Below are positions 1-9,398 of a stretch of 32,000 nt of DNA, in pieces (the first letter of the stretch is position 1; each line of letters begins with the position of its first letter). Made by a program: the position numbers and the translations under genes. The notes beneath the pieces were generated by a model, which made no database searches, was not told the DNA's origin, and worked only from the letters and a program-made list of their open reading frames with translations. Source of the DNA: a cyanobacterium endosymbiont of Epithemia turgida isolate EtSB Lake Yunoko (lineage in GTDB: Bacteria; Cyanobacteriota; Cyanobacteriia; Cyanobacteriales; Microcystaceae); contig NZ_AP012549.1 of the NCBI RefSeq assembly GCF_000829235.1, positions 1,620,001 to 1,652,000 on the forward strand, given 5' to 3'.

Positions 1-433
1 ACATTAGCGGCAAATTAACTGTTTGACGCACTAAGGCAAGGTTATCAAAGCTTCCTTGAAAAAATTGAGTGTCGGTTAGTACTGATAAACAACTCGCTCC
101 TCCTCTAGCATAAGATTGAGCGATCGCTACCGGATCAAAATTTTCACGGAGTACTCCTTTACTAGGAGAAGCTTTTTTGACTTCTGCAATTAAAGCTGGT
201 TTGGTTTTTGCCGAGGTGATAGCGGCTAAAAAATCCTTAGGAGGAGGTAAGTCTTTCACTAGTTTGCGCAACTCTAACAGGGGCAGACGTTGTCTTAGAC
301 GATCAACTTCTTTTTCTTTATGCCAAACAATTTTTTCAAGAATGTGTCGCGGTTGCTCATCAGGAATACAAACTTGATAACGAACAACATCAACATTTAT
401 GCCAGGATTAGGAGAACGTCTTCGGATTTGCAT
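1..433 (-). CDS. trpC: indole-3-glycerol phosphate synthase, N-terminal part (3' end runs off the window)
   Basis: Absent from the ORF track because it is open at the window edge. Reverse-strand translation from the ATG (complement of 431-433) gives [144 protein letters not shown]. It carries the TrpC-family blocks [10 protein letters not shown] and CLSVLTD. The + strand ORF 177..377 is its shadow. Confidence 0.9.
   Translation of the reverse strand, partial: MQIRRRSPNPGINVDVVRYQVCIPDEQPRHILEKIVWHKEKEVDRLRQRLPLLELRKLVKDLPPPKDFLAAITSAKTKPALIAEVKKASPSKGVLRENFDPVAIAQSYARGGASCLSVLTDTQFFQGSFDNLALVRQTVNLPLM
120..127. repeat. HIP1 octamer GCGATCGC (cyanobacterial highly iterated palindrome)
   Basis: Exact GCGATCGC read at 120-127, inside trpC. 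Confidence 0.6.
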
Positions 434-508
434 AGGAGTTAGCAACAAAAATACAAATTAGGCTAAGCAACATCTTAGCCCTGCGATCCTATCACAACTG
501 TTTGTCAC

Positions 509-610
509 TATAGCTAAAATGAGGTATTTTTACCTTACTTCGTGTATTTTTGTCTGATACCAATACTACCAATTACCCTTCTATAGCTAGAATAAAAGGT
601 ATATATAGCT
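509..610 (+). promoter_or_regulatory. three copies of TATAGCT(A) upstream of the toxin-antitoxin pair; candidate operator and -10 region
   Basis: TATAGCTA occurs at 509-516 and 582-589, and TATAGCT at 604-610. The first two sit in longer imperfect direct repeats, CTATAGCTAAAATGAGGTAT (508-527) and CTATAGCTAGAATAAAAGGTAT (581-602). Each contains a TAnAAT -10-like hexamer. CTATAG and TAGCTA are both palindromic. Confidence 0.3.
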
Positions 611-654
611 TTTCTATAAGTTCTTAATCCTATCAATTTTAGTCATCTTTGACC

Positions 655-843
655 ATGAATACTTTTAAAAAGAGAATACAATCGATCTTGAATAAATTAC
701 CAGATGATTGTTCAATTGAAGAGATCCAGTATCATTTATACGTACTTGAAAAAGTGCGTCAAGGATTATACGTTGCCGATCAGGGAACCACCTTACAACA
801 AGAGGAAGTTGAGGGGCTTTTAAACAAATGGCTTATCGAGTAA
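655..843 (+). CDS. type II antitoxin partner of the RelE/ParE toxin
   Basis: A small acidic ORF lies immediately upstream of the toxin ORF and overlaps it by 16 nt. The sequence ...LPDDCSIEEIQYHLYVLEKVRQGLYVADQGTTLQQEEVEGLLNKWL resembles antitoxins commonly paired with RelE/ParE toxins in cyanobacteria. The track starts it at TTG 649; I prefer ATG 655. Confidence 0.7.
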   Translation: MNTFKKRIQSILNKLPDDCSIEEIQYHLYVLEKVRQGLYVADQGTTLQQEEVEGLLNKWLIE

Positions 844-1124
844 TTTGGTCTTCCAAAGCAATTGAGGATGTCGATGCAATTGCCACATATATAGCCCGCG
901 ACTCGCCCTCTTATGCCGCAGCTGTCGTCCGTAAAATCCTAGACATTACCCACCGTCTTCAGGAATGTCCTCTAACCGGAGCAATTATTTCCGAAGGGGA
1001 CGATTCAACAATTCGTGACAAGTTGGCTTATACTTATCGCGTAATTTATCGAGTTCGAGACAAAATAGTAACAGTGGCGGTGATCGTTCATACAAAGTGT
1101 TTGTTAGGACTGGCCAATTCTTAA
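828..1124 (+). CDS. RelE/ParE-family type II toxin
   Basis: 98 aa: MAYRVIWSSKAIEDVDAIATYIARDSPSYAAAVVRKILDITHRLQECPLTG...YRVIYRVRDKIVTVAVIVHTK. This is the typical ParE/RelE layout: W...A..DL..I..YI, then a YRIIYR-type strand and a C-terminal VxH. Confidence 0.85.
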   Translation: MAYRVIWSSKAIEDVDAIATYIARDSPSYAAAVVRKILDITHRLQECPLTGAIISEGDDSTIRDKLAYTYRVIYRVRDKIVTVAVIVHTKCLLGLANS

Positions 1125-1159
1125 AGAGATATTCTTATAAAAGAGGTTAAACGTTAATA

Positions 1160-1194
1160 CTCCCTTCACCGTCAAGGGAGTCGTTTTTATTTTC
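1160..1194 (+). terminator. rho-independent terminator after the toxin gene
   Basis: The stem CTCCCTT (1160-1166) pairs with AAGGGAG (1174-1180) across a 7-nt loop. It is followed by TCGTTTTTATTTT. Confidence 0.7.
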
Positions 1195-1253
1195 AAGTAA
1201 TCAATATTGTTGTTATAGCATCTATTCATTCAATACTAATTAGCCATTTTTAA

Positions 1254-2216
1254 TTACCGAGTTTTTGATAATGCTTCTTGAGATAGTCTTCTTCTGGGTA
1301 CTTCATAGGTCATAAAATCACGGGCAAGAAGAGTATTAGGAAAAATTGCCTGAGCTTCTGTTAGTAAATCAACTAATTGTAATACATTTCCAGGGGCGTA
1401 ACGGGGACTAAAATGGGTCATAATTAGCTGTTTAACACCAGCCATTAAGGCAACTTGTGCTGCCATGGTTGAAGTAGAATGGAGACGATCAAAAGCTAAT
1501 TGAGCATCTTGGTGGGCAAATGTTGCTTCATGGATTAAGACATCTCCCCCTTGCGCTAAGGCTACAGCCCCATCACAAAAGACTGTATCAGTACAATAAA
1601 TAACTTTACGACCGATTTCTTTATCTCCACACAGGTCTTTTCCTCGAATATGACGACCATCGGGTAAAGTGACGAGTTCACCTCGTTTTAGCTGACCGTA
1701 AATCGGTCCTGGAGGAATTCCTAAAGCAGTTGCTTTTTCTATGTCAAAGCGACCGGGACGATCTTTTTCTTCAATACGATAACCATAGGCTGAAACACGG
1801 TGTTTGAGTAACCCACAATGAACGATAAATTGATCATCTTCATACGTGACCCCAGAGCGTACTTCATAAACCCGCACTCGATGAGAGAGTTTTATTTGGG
1901 AATACTTAGCACAAGCTTTCAAGTAGGCCACTAAGTCTGGTGGACCATAAATTTCGATATCTTGGGCATTGCCTGCTAAACCACAACTAGCTAACAGTCC
2001 CATTAACCCATAGATATGATCACCGTGCATATGGGTGACGAAAATTCTGGTGATTTGGGAAATTTTGAGATCACTACGTAAAAGTTGATGTTGGGTCCCT
2101 TCTCCACAGTCGAATAACCAGACTTCTGCTCTTTGGGGCAGACGTAGAGCAACACTTGATACATTCCGTGATCGCGTCGGTACACCAGAACTGGTTCCTA
2201 AAAAGGTAATCTCCAC
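1254..2216 (-). CDS. rnz: ribonuclease Z (tRNA 3' endonuclease, metallo-beta-lactamase fold)
   Basis: 320 aa with the N-terminus [25 protein letters not shown] and the HxHxDH motif (THMHGDH). Confidence 0.95.
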   Translation of the reverse strand: MEITFLGTSSGVPTRSRNVSSVALRLPQRAEVWLFDCGEGTQHQLLRSDLKISQITRIFVTHMHGDHIYGLMGLLASCGLAGNAQDIEIYGPPDLVAYLKACAKYSQIKLSHRVRVYEVRSGVTYEDDQFIVHCGLLKHRVSAYGYRIEEKDRPGRFDIEKATALGIPPGPIYGQLKRGELVTLPDGRHIRGKDLCGDKEIGRKVIYCTDTVFCDGAVALAQGGDVLIHEATFAHQDAQLAFDRLHSTSTMAAQVALMAGVKQLIMTHFSPRYAPGNVLQLVDLLTEAQAIFPNTLLARDFMTYEVPRRRLSQEALSKTR

Positions 2217-3550
2217 AATACTTTAACTCTGCTTGCTTTGGGACTGTTCATCCATTTTAATATTTTCCGTTTAACTGAAAATCTTGTACAGCCTTGAAAA
2301 TTAATGAAGTAATAGAGATAAGGTACCAAAATTATCAAACTTTACGCTTACCTCTCTGAACTTTAACAATGAATTACTTAGCCTATTTAGTTTTATCCTA
2401 CTAGTATAGGACATAATTTTAATCTTCTCAATATTTGAGAGCTTATCAAGAGGATTCTGGCATATAGATAGATTGAAGCCAAAGTTACTTGTAGAGATTT
2501 CAGGTTTTGTTGTAGACCAATATAATTGTAAACCATTTTTTGTAAAAAAGGTATTACGAGAATTCCCCGAATTCAATCAACTAGCAAATATTGATTTTTT
2601 TTGTAAAAAGCAAAACCAATTATTTCAATATAAACTTGTTTATCTAATGTTAAAAATGGGTAAATTAAAATTTTTACTCTTTCGTTTATAATCATTTATT
2701 GTGACTTATCCTAATAATCAATTTAAAATTAAAGTTGATTATTTAGAAAAAAAGCAATGCTGAACTCATGATGTAGACCTAGTCAGTAAAATACTGAGCT
2801 AAGAAAAGTTAAGTTTAATTTTTCTTTAAAACCCATATGAGTCATTCTTTAAATAACTTACATTATATTATTAGTACCTTTTTCTACCTCTTTAATTTTT
2901 ATAAAAATTAAAATGCCTTTTTATTGAAAGTAAAACAGCCTGTTTACCTTATAAAGGGTAGGCACAATAAATTAGTTTTTTAATACTAATTAACTAATTT
3001 TATTTTCCTTAAAATAGGTCGAAATTTTATCTATATAACCGCCATAGGTTTTAAAACAGTAGTGTATATATAAGAAATATAGTTACTTTTTAGTCAAGGT
3101 TGTTGTTTTATCATCTAATTGAGTATTAACTAATTTTAATACATCAAAAATATCTGAGAATACTTGTAATTTTTACATTAATTTATCTATAACATTCTTA
3201 TAAGGTTTCCTGAGATATATACTCACCTCTTCAATCTTAGTCAAAACTTTTGTCCTCGGTCTTCGAGTTATTTTACGATTTCTTGAGATTTTCTTATTTC
3301 TATAATTTCTACGCTTAAAACGATCATCTAAATCTATTAACACTACACAATAACTTTCTCATACTTTAAGTATAGTAATTTTATAAATTTTTAAATATTT
3401 TAATATCTTATTTTTTTAATTGAATATAGATATTGAGTTTGACATGATTAAATTTAAACATAAAAAATATTAGGATATTCTATATCTAAATAATTAAAGT
3501 TTTGAGTAGCCTCTTATTGACAATTAATTTTTCCTTTATATTTTTAATTT

Positions 3551-4750
3551 TTACATAACAAGTTTGTTAGGAACGGATAAAGTAACAACGGGAGCTTCAT
3601 TATTTTCCCTAGCTACCCTAATTAATAAAGCCGCTAAGGTTAAACTTGCTAAACTTGAACTTCCTCCATAGCTAAATAAAGGAAAGGGTAAACCCGTTGT
3701 GGGCAAAGCACCTGTTGCTACACCAATGTTAAGTAGGGCTTGTCCCACCATTATGACCATGACCCCAATAGCTACTAGTCGTTTGACTCGATGACGGCAT
3801 TTCATGGCAATTCGTAAGGCAAAAGTTGCATAGCTAAATAGAAATAATAACAAAATAATTCCTCCCACAAAGCCAAATTCTTCTGCAAAAACTGAAAATA
3901 TAAAGTCAGTATATTGGATAGGTAAATAGAAAAGTTTTTGTTGAGACATCCCATATCCTGTGCCAAATATTCCCCCTGAACCGACTGCCATCAAACTTTG
4001 TACTAATTGATAGCCATTCCCCATAGGGTCTTCCCAAGGATTAAGAAATGCTGTGACCCGTTCCCGTTGGTACTCTCGTAAACTAATACTAATAAAGGCA
4101 GTCAAAGCTCCCCCTAAAGCAGTTGAAGTTAAATAAATTGCAGGAATTCCTGACGCTACAGCTATTAACCAAAGACTCATCCCACATAAAGCAGTAGTAC
4201 TTAAATTAGGTTGTAATAAAATTGAAGCTAAAATAACTGAAAAGGCGATCAACCATTGCCAACGAATCCGCCAGGGTACTCGTTCCCATTGTCCAAAAAT
4301 TAGGGAACTTTGTAAGACTAAAAAAGGTTTCATTAATTCTGATGGTTGAATCAAAACTGGACCTAATTTTATCCAACGAGTGGCACCGTTGATATTTTCT
4401 CCCAAACCAGGAACATGGGTTGACAGAATCAATCCTAATACTAGAAATAGACACCAAGGGGACAGCTTAAATAAATATTGTAGAGGTGATCGCACAATTA
4501 TATTGAACCCTTGTAATCCAGTCCAAGTCCAGATTAACTGACGAATCATATAGTACCATCCGTTTCCTGTTTCGGCTTCAGCGACGGCATAGGAAGCGGA
4601 AAACAGGGTGATTAAGCCTATGGATATCCACAAGAAGGTTAGCCAGCGTAAAAAGCGAGCTTCTCCTGACCAGTGTCGAACATCGGGATCGAAAATAGGA
4701 ATGATATAACGTAACACAGTCTGTTTGGAGTTTCGATTAACCCATACCAT
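3551..4750 (-). CDS. ftsW: SEDS-family peptidoglycan glycosyltransferase, FtsW-like
   Basis: A 399 aa polytopic membrane protein. The N-terminal EARFLRWLTFLWISIGLITLFSASY block and the C-terminal LPTTGLPFPLFSYGGSS motif are typical of FtsW/RodA. Choosing FtsW over RodA rests on my recollection of cyanobacterial FtsW N-termini. Confidence 0.8.
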   Translation of the reverse strand: MVWVNRNSKQTVLRYIIPIFDPDVRHWSGEARFLRWLTFLWISIGLITLFSASYAVAEAETGNGWYYMIRQLIWTWTGLQGFNIIVRSPLQYLFKLSPWCLFLVLGLILSTHVPGLGENINGATRWIKLGPVLIQPSELMKPFLVLQSSLIFGQWERVPWRIRWQWLIAFSVILASILLQPNLSTTALCGMSLWLIAVASGIPAIYLTSTALGGALTAFISISLREYQRERVTAFLNPWEDPMGNGYQLVQSLMAVGSGGIFGTGYGMSQQKLFYLPIQYTDFIFSVFAEEFGFVGGIILLLFLFSYATFALRIAMKCRHRVKRLVAIGVMVIMVGQALLNIGVATGALPTTGLPFPLFSYGGSSSLASLTLAALLIRVARENNEAPVVTLSVPNKLVM

Positions 4751-5531
4751 AACACCTCATGGTAGTTAAAACTAGTTTTTATTGTTTGATAGTTTTAAGA
4801 ACTATCGGTCAAGATTATGTTATTTAACAACATTGTAGTTGTGCAGGCTTTGAAAAGAGCGTAATAGTTCTTTATGGGGGATATTATTGCTCATAGTTGT
4901 ATGATATTAGTTATGGATACTAAGTTATAGAAAATAATTTTTCTATAATAGGTTATGATATAATTAAAACTCAAAAAAGTGGGAAGTATTGCTTTATAAA
5001 GTCAAGGGTTACAATTTTAAAAAACCTTTCTCTTTATAAAAACTAGGTTTTCAAGGTTACTAGTTATCAGGCTCAGTTTTGGAATAGTATAGAAGATTGA
5101 GTGTGACATATTATTTTTATAATTCGGTTATCTGTAAAATTTTTCTCATCCTTTTTGGCTTAGTTAAAAGTAGTATTTTAAATTTAATCTATTTATTTTG
5201 ATAAAAAATAGGAGATTAGACTTAGTTATTTTTACCTGTTCATTAATTCTATTAAAGATAATAGATTTGACTAATTTGGGGCTAAGAGAAATGATGGAAA
5301 AGTTGAAAATACTATTTACTGATTGCTTGGGCGCTCACTGATCTCGAGATAAGCTCTTAATCGATTTTTATTCCCATCGCTGAGTGCTGATGTAAAAGTA
5401 ATAAAGTACGCATGTGATAAAGCAGGATTTGTAGAAAATTATAACTTTAACCAGGGATTGACAATCTTGAGTTAAAGACGGCAATCTTAAGGAAAGCTAG
5501 AATCAAATTTTAGACCTGCTGTTCTCAGCCT

Positions 5532-6935
5532 ATGCTGTCCTTTCTATCATCATTCATAGTGGCTCAAACTATTTACCCGTTAACATTTCGGGAGGCTAGC
5601 CCAGATTTTATTGCCCAACCTCAGGAAGTTCGGACTCTCCCAGGAAAACTTAACGATGTGTTAGTTTTTAACAGCAACAGTCCTGAAGTAATCGAAACTG
5701 AAGGTATTTTGTTGTCAACGTTTCCGTCAAGTGGCAAAAGATTTTCTAATGCCCACTTAAATAAGCCGTTAAAAGGACGTTTTGACGTTTTTACCCACCA
5801 TATTTCTCGTCCCGCTTACTTACAAAGAACTCTTTATCAGGGACTGCTTGTTCATAACCCTACTTCTCAAACAATCATCATTAAAGTTTTGCAGGGAGCG
5901 AGTTATCGTACCTCTCCTGATGCCCCGTTTATTAATCTACCTTCTTTAGTCGAAGATCCATCAGGACAGGTTTTTTCGGGTCCAGGTTCTCGATTAATGA
6001 GCGATATTTTACGAGGAGTTAATCATAATAAATTTCCTACCCGTATAATACTGAGACCGAGCGAGAGCCGAATGTTATTTACGTTACCCATTAGTCCAAG
6101 CAATGGTCGTTCAACTTTTATGCGTCTCTACAGTAACGGCCCTGTCTACATGGCTAATTTAGCTTTATACGAAGTTCCTCGCTTCGAAATTAATCAGGAT
6201 GAGGATAAAAATAAACCGAAGAAAATAATTTACAGAAAACCAACCCTTAACGAATGGCGATATTTAGTTACTACTGGCAAATTAGTTACTCCTAGGGATC
6301 TTCCTCCGACACCAATGGATCAAGATTTAGGAGAAGAAACAATTTACGGACGAGTGGCTGGTATTTCTGTGGGGTCTGAATGGGTAGCACGACTGACCGA
6401 TCAACCCAATAAAATTCATCTGAGTATTCCTCAGCGAGGAAAAGCTTTCTCTTATCCATTAAGTACAGTCACTACGGGAACTCACGGAACAAAGCAAATT
6501 CAAAGTGCGCCAATGGTCGTTCGATATCCCGACACTGCTTACCGCGCTCATGGTAATTATGGAGTCCATTACAATTTAATTATTCCAGTAACTAATAGGA
6601 GTTCTGAGAAGCAAACTGTGGAAATTTCCCTCCAAACTCCTTTTAAACAAAATGAACATGCTGATCGCTTAGTATTTGCCTATCGTCCTCAAGGTCAGGT
6701 ATTTTTCCGAGGAACTGTAAAGGTTGCCTATGCCACCCGAAATGGTCAATTCCAAGAGCGTTATTTTCATCTGGTTCAAAGACGGGGACAACAGGGAGAT
6801 GCTTTAGTCAGAATTAACCTCGAACCAGGAGAAAGACGAGAAGTCGAAGTTGATTTTCTCTATCCGCCCGACGCCACCCCTCCTCAAGTGTTGACGGTGA
6901 GAACCCTGAATTTGTTCTATGGCAGAAGTCGTTAG
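5532..6935 (+). CDS. cyanobacterial DUF3370-family protein (function unknown)
   Basis: 467 aa. The block QPQEVRTLPGKLNDVLVFNSNSPEVIETEGILLSTFP matches my memory of the conserved DUF3370 N-terminal region, and the length fits the family. An in-frame TAG lies 7 codons upstream of the ATG. Confidence 0.65.
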   Translation: MLSFLSSFIVAQTIYPLTFREASPDFIAQPQEVRTLPGKLNDVLVFNSNSPEVIETEGILLSTFPSSGKRFSNAHLNKPLKGRFDVFTHHISRPAYLQRTLYQGLLVHNPTSQTIIIKVLQGASYRTSPDAPFINLPSLVEDPSGQVFSGPGSRLMSDILRGVNHNKFPTRIILRPSESRMLFTLPISPSNGRSTFMRLYSNGPVYMANLALYEVPRFEINQDEDKNKPKKIIYRKPTLNEWRYLVTTGKLVTPRDLPPTPMDQDLGEETIYGRVAGISVGSEWVARLTDQPNKIHLSIPQRGKAFSYPLSTVTTGTHGTKQIQSAPMVVRYPDTAYRAHGNYGVHYNLIIPVTNRSSEKQTVEISLQTPFKQNEHADRLVFAYRPQGQVFFRGTVKVAYATRNGQFQERYFHLVQRRGQQGDALVRINLEPGERREVEVDFLYPPDATPPQVLTVRTLNLFYGRSR

Positions 6936-7079
6936 AGACCCTAATGAAAATAGGTGTAATTTCTACTAGGTGTAAGAGTTAACAAGCCGTTGATTTCTAT
7001 TCAGTTCAAAAGTCGGGGTAGCCAAATTTCCCTTACAATCAAAGACGACAATCTCGGTATGTTATTAGCGATTGAGTTA

Positions 7080-7549
7080 ATGAAATATTCCCTGCGATTG
7101 ATGCTATTTTCCTTCTCACTTGTATTTCTTTTGAGTCCATTGTCTGTCCTGGTAGCTAGTTTTTAAGATATATAGTTAATTGGTAAAGATTTTTCTCGAC
7201 AGTACATAAAGACGGCACAATTTATTAATGTAGATTTAATCGACGCGAATTTTATGGATTTTGACTTACATGGAGTAGTTTTTAATGGTATTGATTGAAA
7301 TCGACCTTCATTGGGTTGATTTAACTAACGGGTTGGCTTATATGTCCAACTTTGAAGAAGCTGACTTAAGGAATGTTGTCTTAACTGAAGCGATTATGCT
7401 GAGGACAATTTTTAACAATGCTAATATTACTCAGGCTGACTTTACCTTAGCAGTTTTAGACAGTACACAGGTAAAAGAACTGTCGACTGTCTAGCGGAAT
7501 CAATTCTAAAACGGGAATAAGTACCCGTGAATTCCTAGTTTATCGATAG
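7080..7549 (+). pseudogene. pseudogene of a signal-peptide-bearing (probably lumenal/periplasmic) pentapeptide-repeat protein
   Basis: The ATG at 7080 opens a signal-like MKYSLRLMLFSFSLVFLLSPLSVLVASF. In-frame TAA (7164-7166) and TAG (7173-7175) follow. The frame then reads [38 protein letters not shown] and ends at TGA 7296. Pentapeptide repeats resume in the +1 frame (track ORF 7285..7494: [48 protein letters not shown]). The C-terminal tail GINSKTGISTREFLVYR* is in a third frame and ends at 7549. Confidence 0.8.
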
Positions 7550-7556
7550 TTAATTC

Positions 7557-8714
7557 ATGGCTCAAATGAAAGTGAAGCGCGTTGGTGTTATTGGAGGAGG
7601 TCAGTTAGCCTGGATGATGGCTAAGGCTGCTCAACGGTTGGGTTTTGATTTGATTATTCAAACGCCCCGGAAGGACGATCCTGCCGTGTCTATTGCAACA
7701 GAGGTTATTTTTGCTCCTATTAGTGATGGAGCAGCTACCATCGAACTGGCTGCTCATTGTGATGTAATTACGTTTGAAAATGAGTTTATTGATCTTGAGG
7801 TCCTTAAACCTTTAGAAGATAAAGGTGTTCGTTTTTGTCCTAGTTTGGAGGTTCTTACTCCATTATTGGATAAATATAAGCAAAGATCTTATCTACAGCA
7901 CATTGGCTTACCTGTTCCGAAATTTACCACTTTAGAAAACCTATCATCTCTCGACTTTTCCTTTCCGGTCGTGCTGAAAGTTCGTCGTCACGGTTACGAC
8001 GGCCAGGGAACTTTTATTGTTCAAACCCCAGAGGAGCTAGAAACCACCGCCAAAAGTTTGGAGGGAATAGGAGTCATGGTAGAAGAGTTTGTTCCATTTG
8101 AACGAGAATTAGCCGTCATGGCTGTCCGTAGTGTCACTGGAGAGGTAGCGGTTTATCCTCTGGTGGAAACTTATCAACCTGATCAAGTCTGTAGATGGGT
8201 GCTCGTCTCTGGAGATATCTCAACAGAAGTTCAAACAGAAGTAAAACAGATAGCCATTAATTTATTGACTCGATTGGAAGTGGTAGGAATTTTGGGTATC
8301 GAACTGTTTTTAACTCCTCAAAGTCAGGTTTTAGTTAATGAAATTGCCCCCCGTACCCACAATTCAGGACACTATACCCTCGATGCTTGTGAAATATCTC
8401 AATTTGAGATGCAATTACGGGCATTGTCCGGACTACCATTGGGTTCAACTGAGTTGAACTGTTTAGGGGCTGTGATGGTAAATCTATTAGGTTATCAATA
8501 TTCAAGGCAAGATTATCTAGAAAAACGACAGAAACTCTCAGAAATTTCTGGTTCTTACGTTCATTGGTATGGAAAAACTAATGTTCGCCCAGGAAGGAAA
8601 ATAGGTCATGTTACCGTCTTGCTTGAGGAAACTGAAATGACTTTAAGTCTAAAAAATAGACAGCAACAGTTGTTAGAAATTGCACAACAGGTAGAGTCAA
8701 TTTGGTATAATTAG
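7557..8714 (+). CDS. purK: N5-carboxyaminoimidazole ribonucleotide synthase (ATP-grasp)
   Basis: 385 aa with the N-terminus RVGVIGGGQLAWMMAKAA. ATP-grasp core blocks are present (PVVLKVRRHGYDGQGTFIV, ELAVMAVRS, NEIAPRTHNSGH). Confidence 0.92.
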   Translation: MAQMKVKRVGVIGGGQLAWMMAKAAQRLGFDLIIQTPRKDDPAVSIATEVIFAPISDGAATIELAAHCDVITFENEFIDLEVLKPLEDKGVRFCPSLEVLTPLLDKYKQRSYLQHIGLPVPKFTTLENLSSLDFSFPVVLKVRRHGYDGQGTFIVQTPEELETTAKSLEGIGVMVEEFVPFERELAVMAVRSVTGEVAVYPLVETYQPDQVCRWVLVSGDISTEVQTEVKQIAINLLTRLEVVGILGIELFLTPQSQVLVNEIAPRTHNSGHYTLDACEISQFEMQLRALSGLPLGSTELNCLGAVMVNLLGYQYSRQDYLEKRQKLSEISGSYVHWYGKTNVRPGRKIGHVTVLLEETEMTLSLKNRQQQLLEIAQQVESIWYN

Positions 8715-9398
8715 TGATTGATTGATTAACTCATGTTTGCTTTTGTCTCATCGTCAAATATTCAACTACCACCGAGATCAATAGATCAAATTACTTACAA
8801 CTTAGCAGAAATATTGAGAGTTATGCTAACAAGGGAAAGAGAATCAAATTTCTTACTTAAAGTGCCGTAAAGGAGAAACTATATTAATGTATCTCTTCTC
8901 TTCCTAAACATAGACGAAATGTCTATTGAATCGCTAACATGGTTGCCACGCTTCTCAAACATACTCAATAAGAACACGATACGTTTACTCCAGTGACCAT
9001 GAAATTGTCAGAAGGAAGTGAGATCAAACTTTATTATTGCTTTTATACCAAAAGTTAGTACGCTGTATTTGCTAAAGAATATTTACAATTGGCGTTTAGA
9101 TTCGCCTTATGATTGAGTGCTAGAAATTGATGTCACTGACTATTTCGCAGCAACAAATCTTCAATATATCAATAGCAGTTATTATAGAATACTACTTTCA
9201 ATTTTAAAATTAATATTTACCAGATATTAACCTTCAGAATATAATCACTCTACGTTTTGAGATAGCCTATCAAACCAACACCAGTGGCGCTCTCCAAGAA
9301 TTACGACAGCAGTTAAATCAAGCTTCAAAATAAATAAGATTGATTGCTTTTAAGTGGAAAATTTGTTTTCATAAGATATAAATTCCGGGTAGGTAAGA

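Noticed and set aside
177-377. 66-aa + strand ORF
   Set aside because: It lies entirely antisense to trpC, whose minus-strand translation is unambiguous. It is a shadow ORF.
2003-2185. 60-aa minus-strand ORF
   Set aside because: It is an alternative frame inside rnz and has no motif. It is a shadow ORF.
2301-2691. Two mutually overlapping ORFs (91 aa on the minus strand, 72 aa on the plus strand) in the rnz/ftsW desert
   Set aside because: They overlap each other on opposite strands and have low-complexity K/N/F/L-rich composition. There is no recognisable motif, RBS or terminator. They are probably chance ORFs or unrecognisable relics.
2891-2912. 22-bp perfect palindrome TTTAATTTTTATAAAAATTAAA; a similar one, AAATTTTAATATTAAAATTT, lies at 30151-30170
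   Set aside because: Both are composed only of A/T. In local sequence above 90% AT, such palindromes are expected by chance.
4206-4457. 83-aa minus-strand ORF
   Set aside because: It is an alternative frame inside the ftsW-like gene.
9071-9085. 15-mer GCTAAAGAATATTTA shared with 31443-31457 (both translate to FAKEYL), as a possible dispersed repeat or IS remnant
   Set aside because: Flanking similarity is poor. My rough estimate is that around ten exact 15-mer coincidences are expected in 32 kb of this composition.
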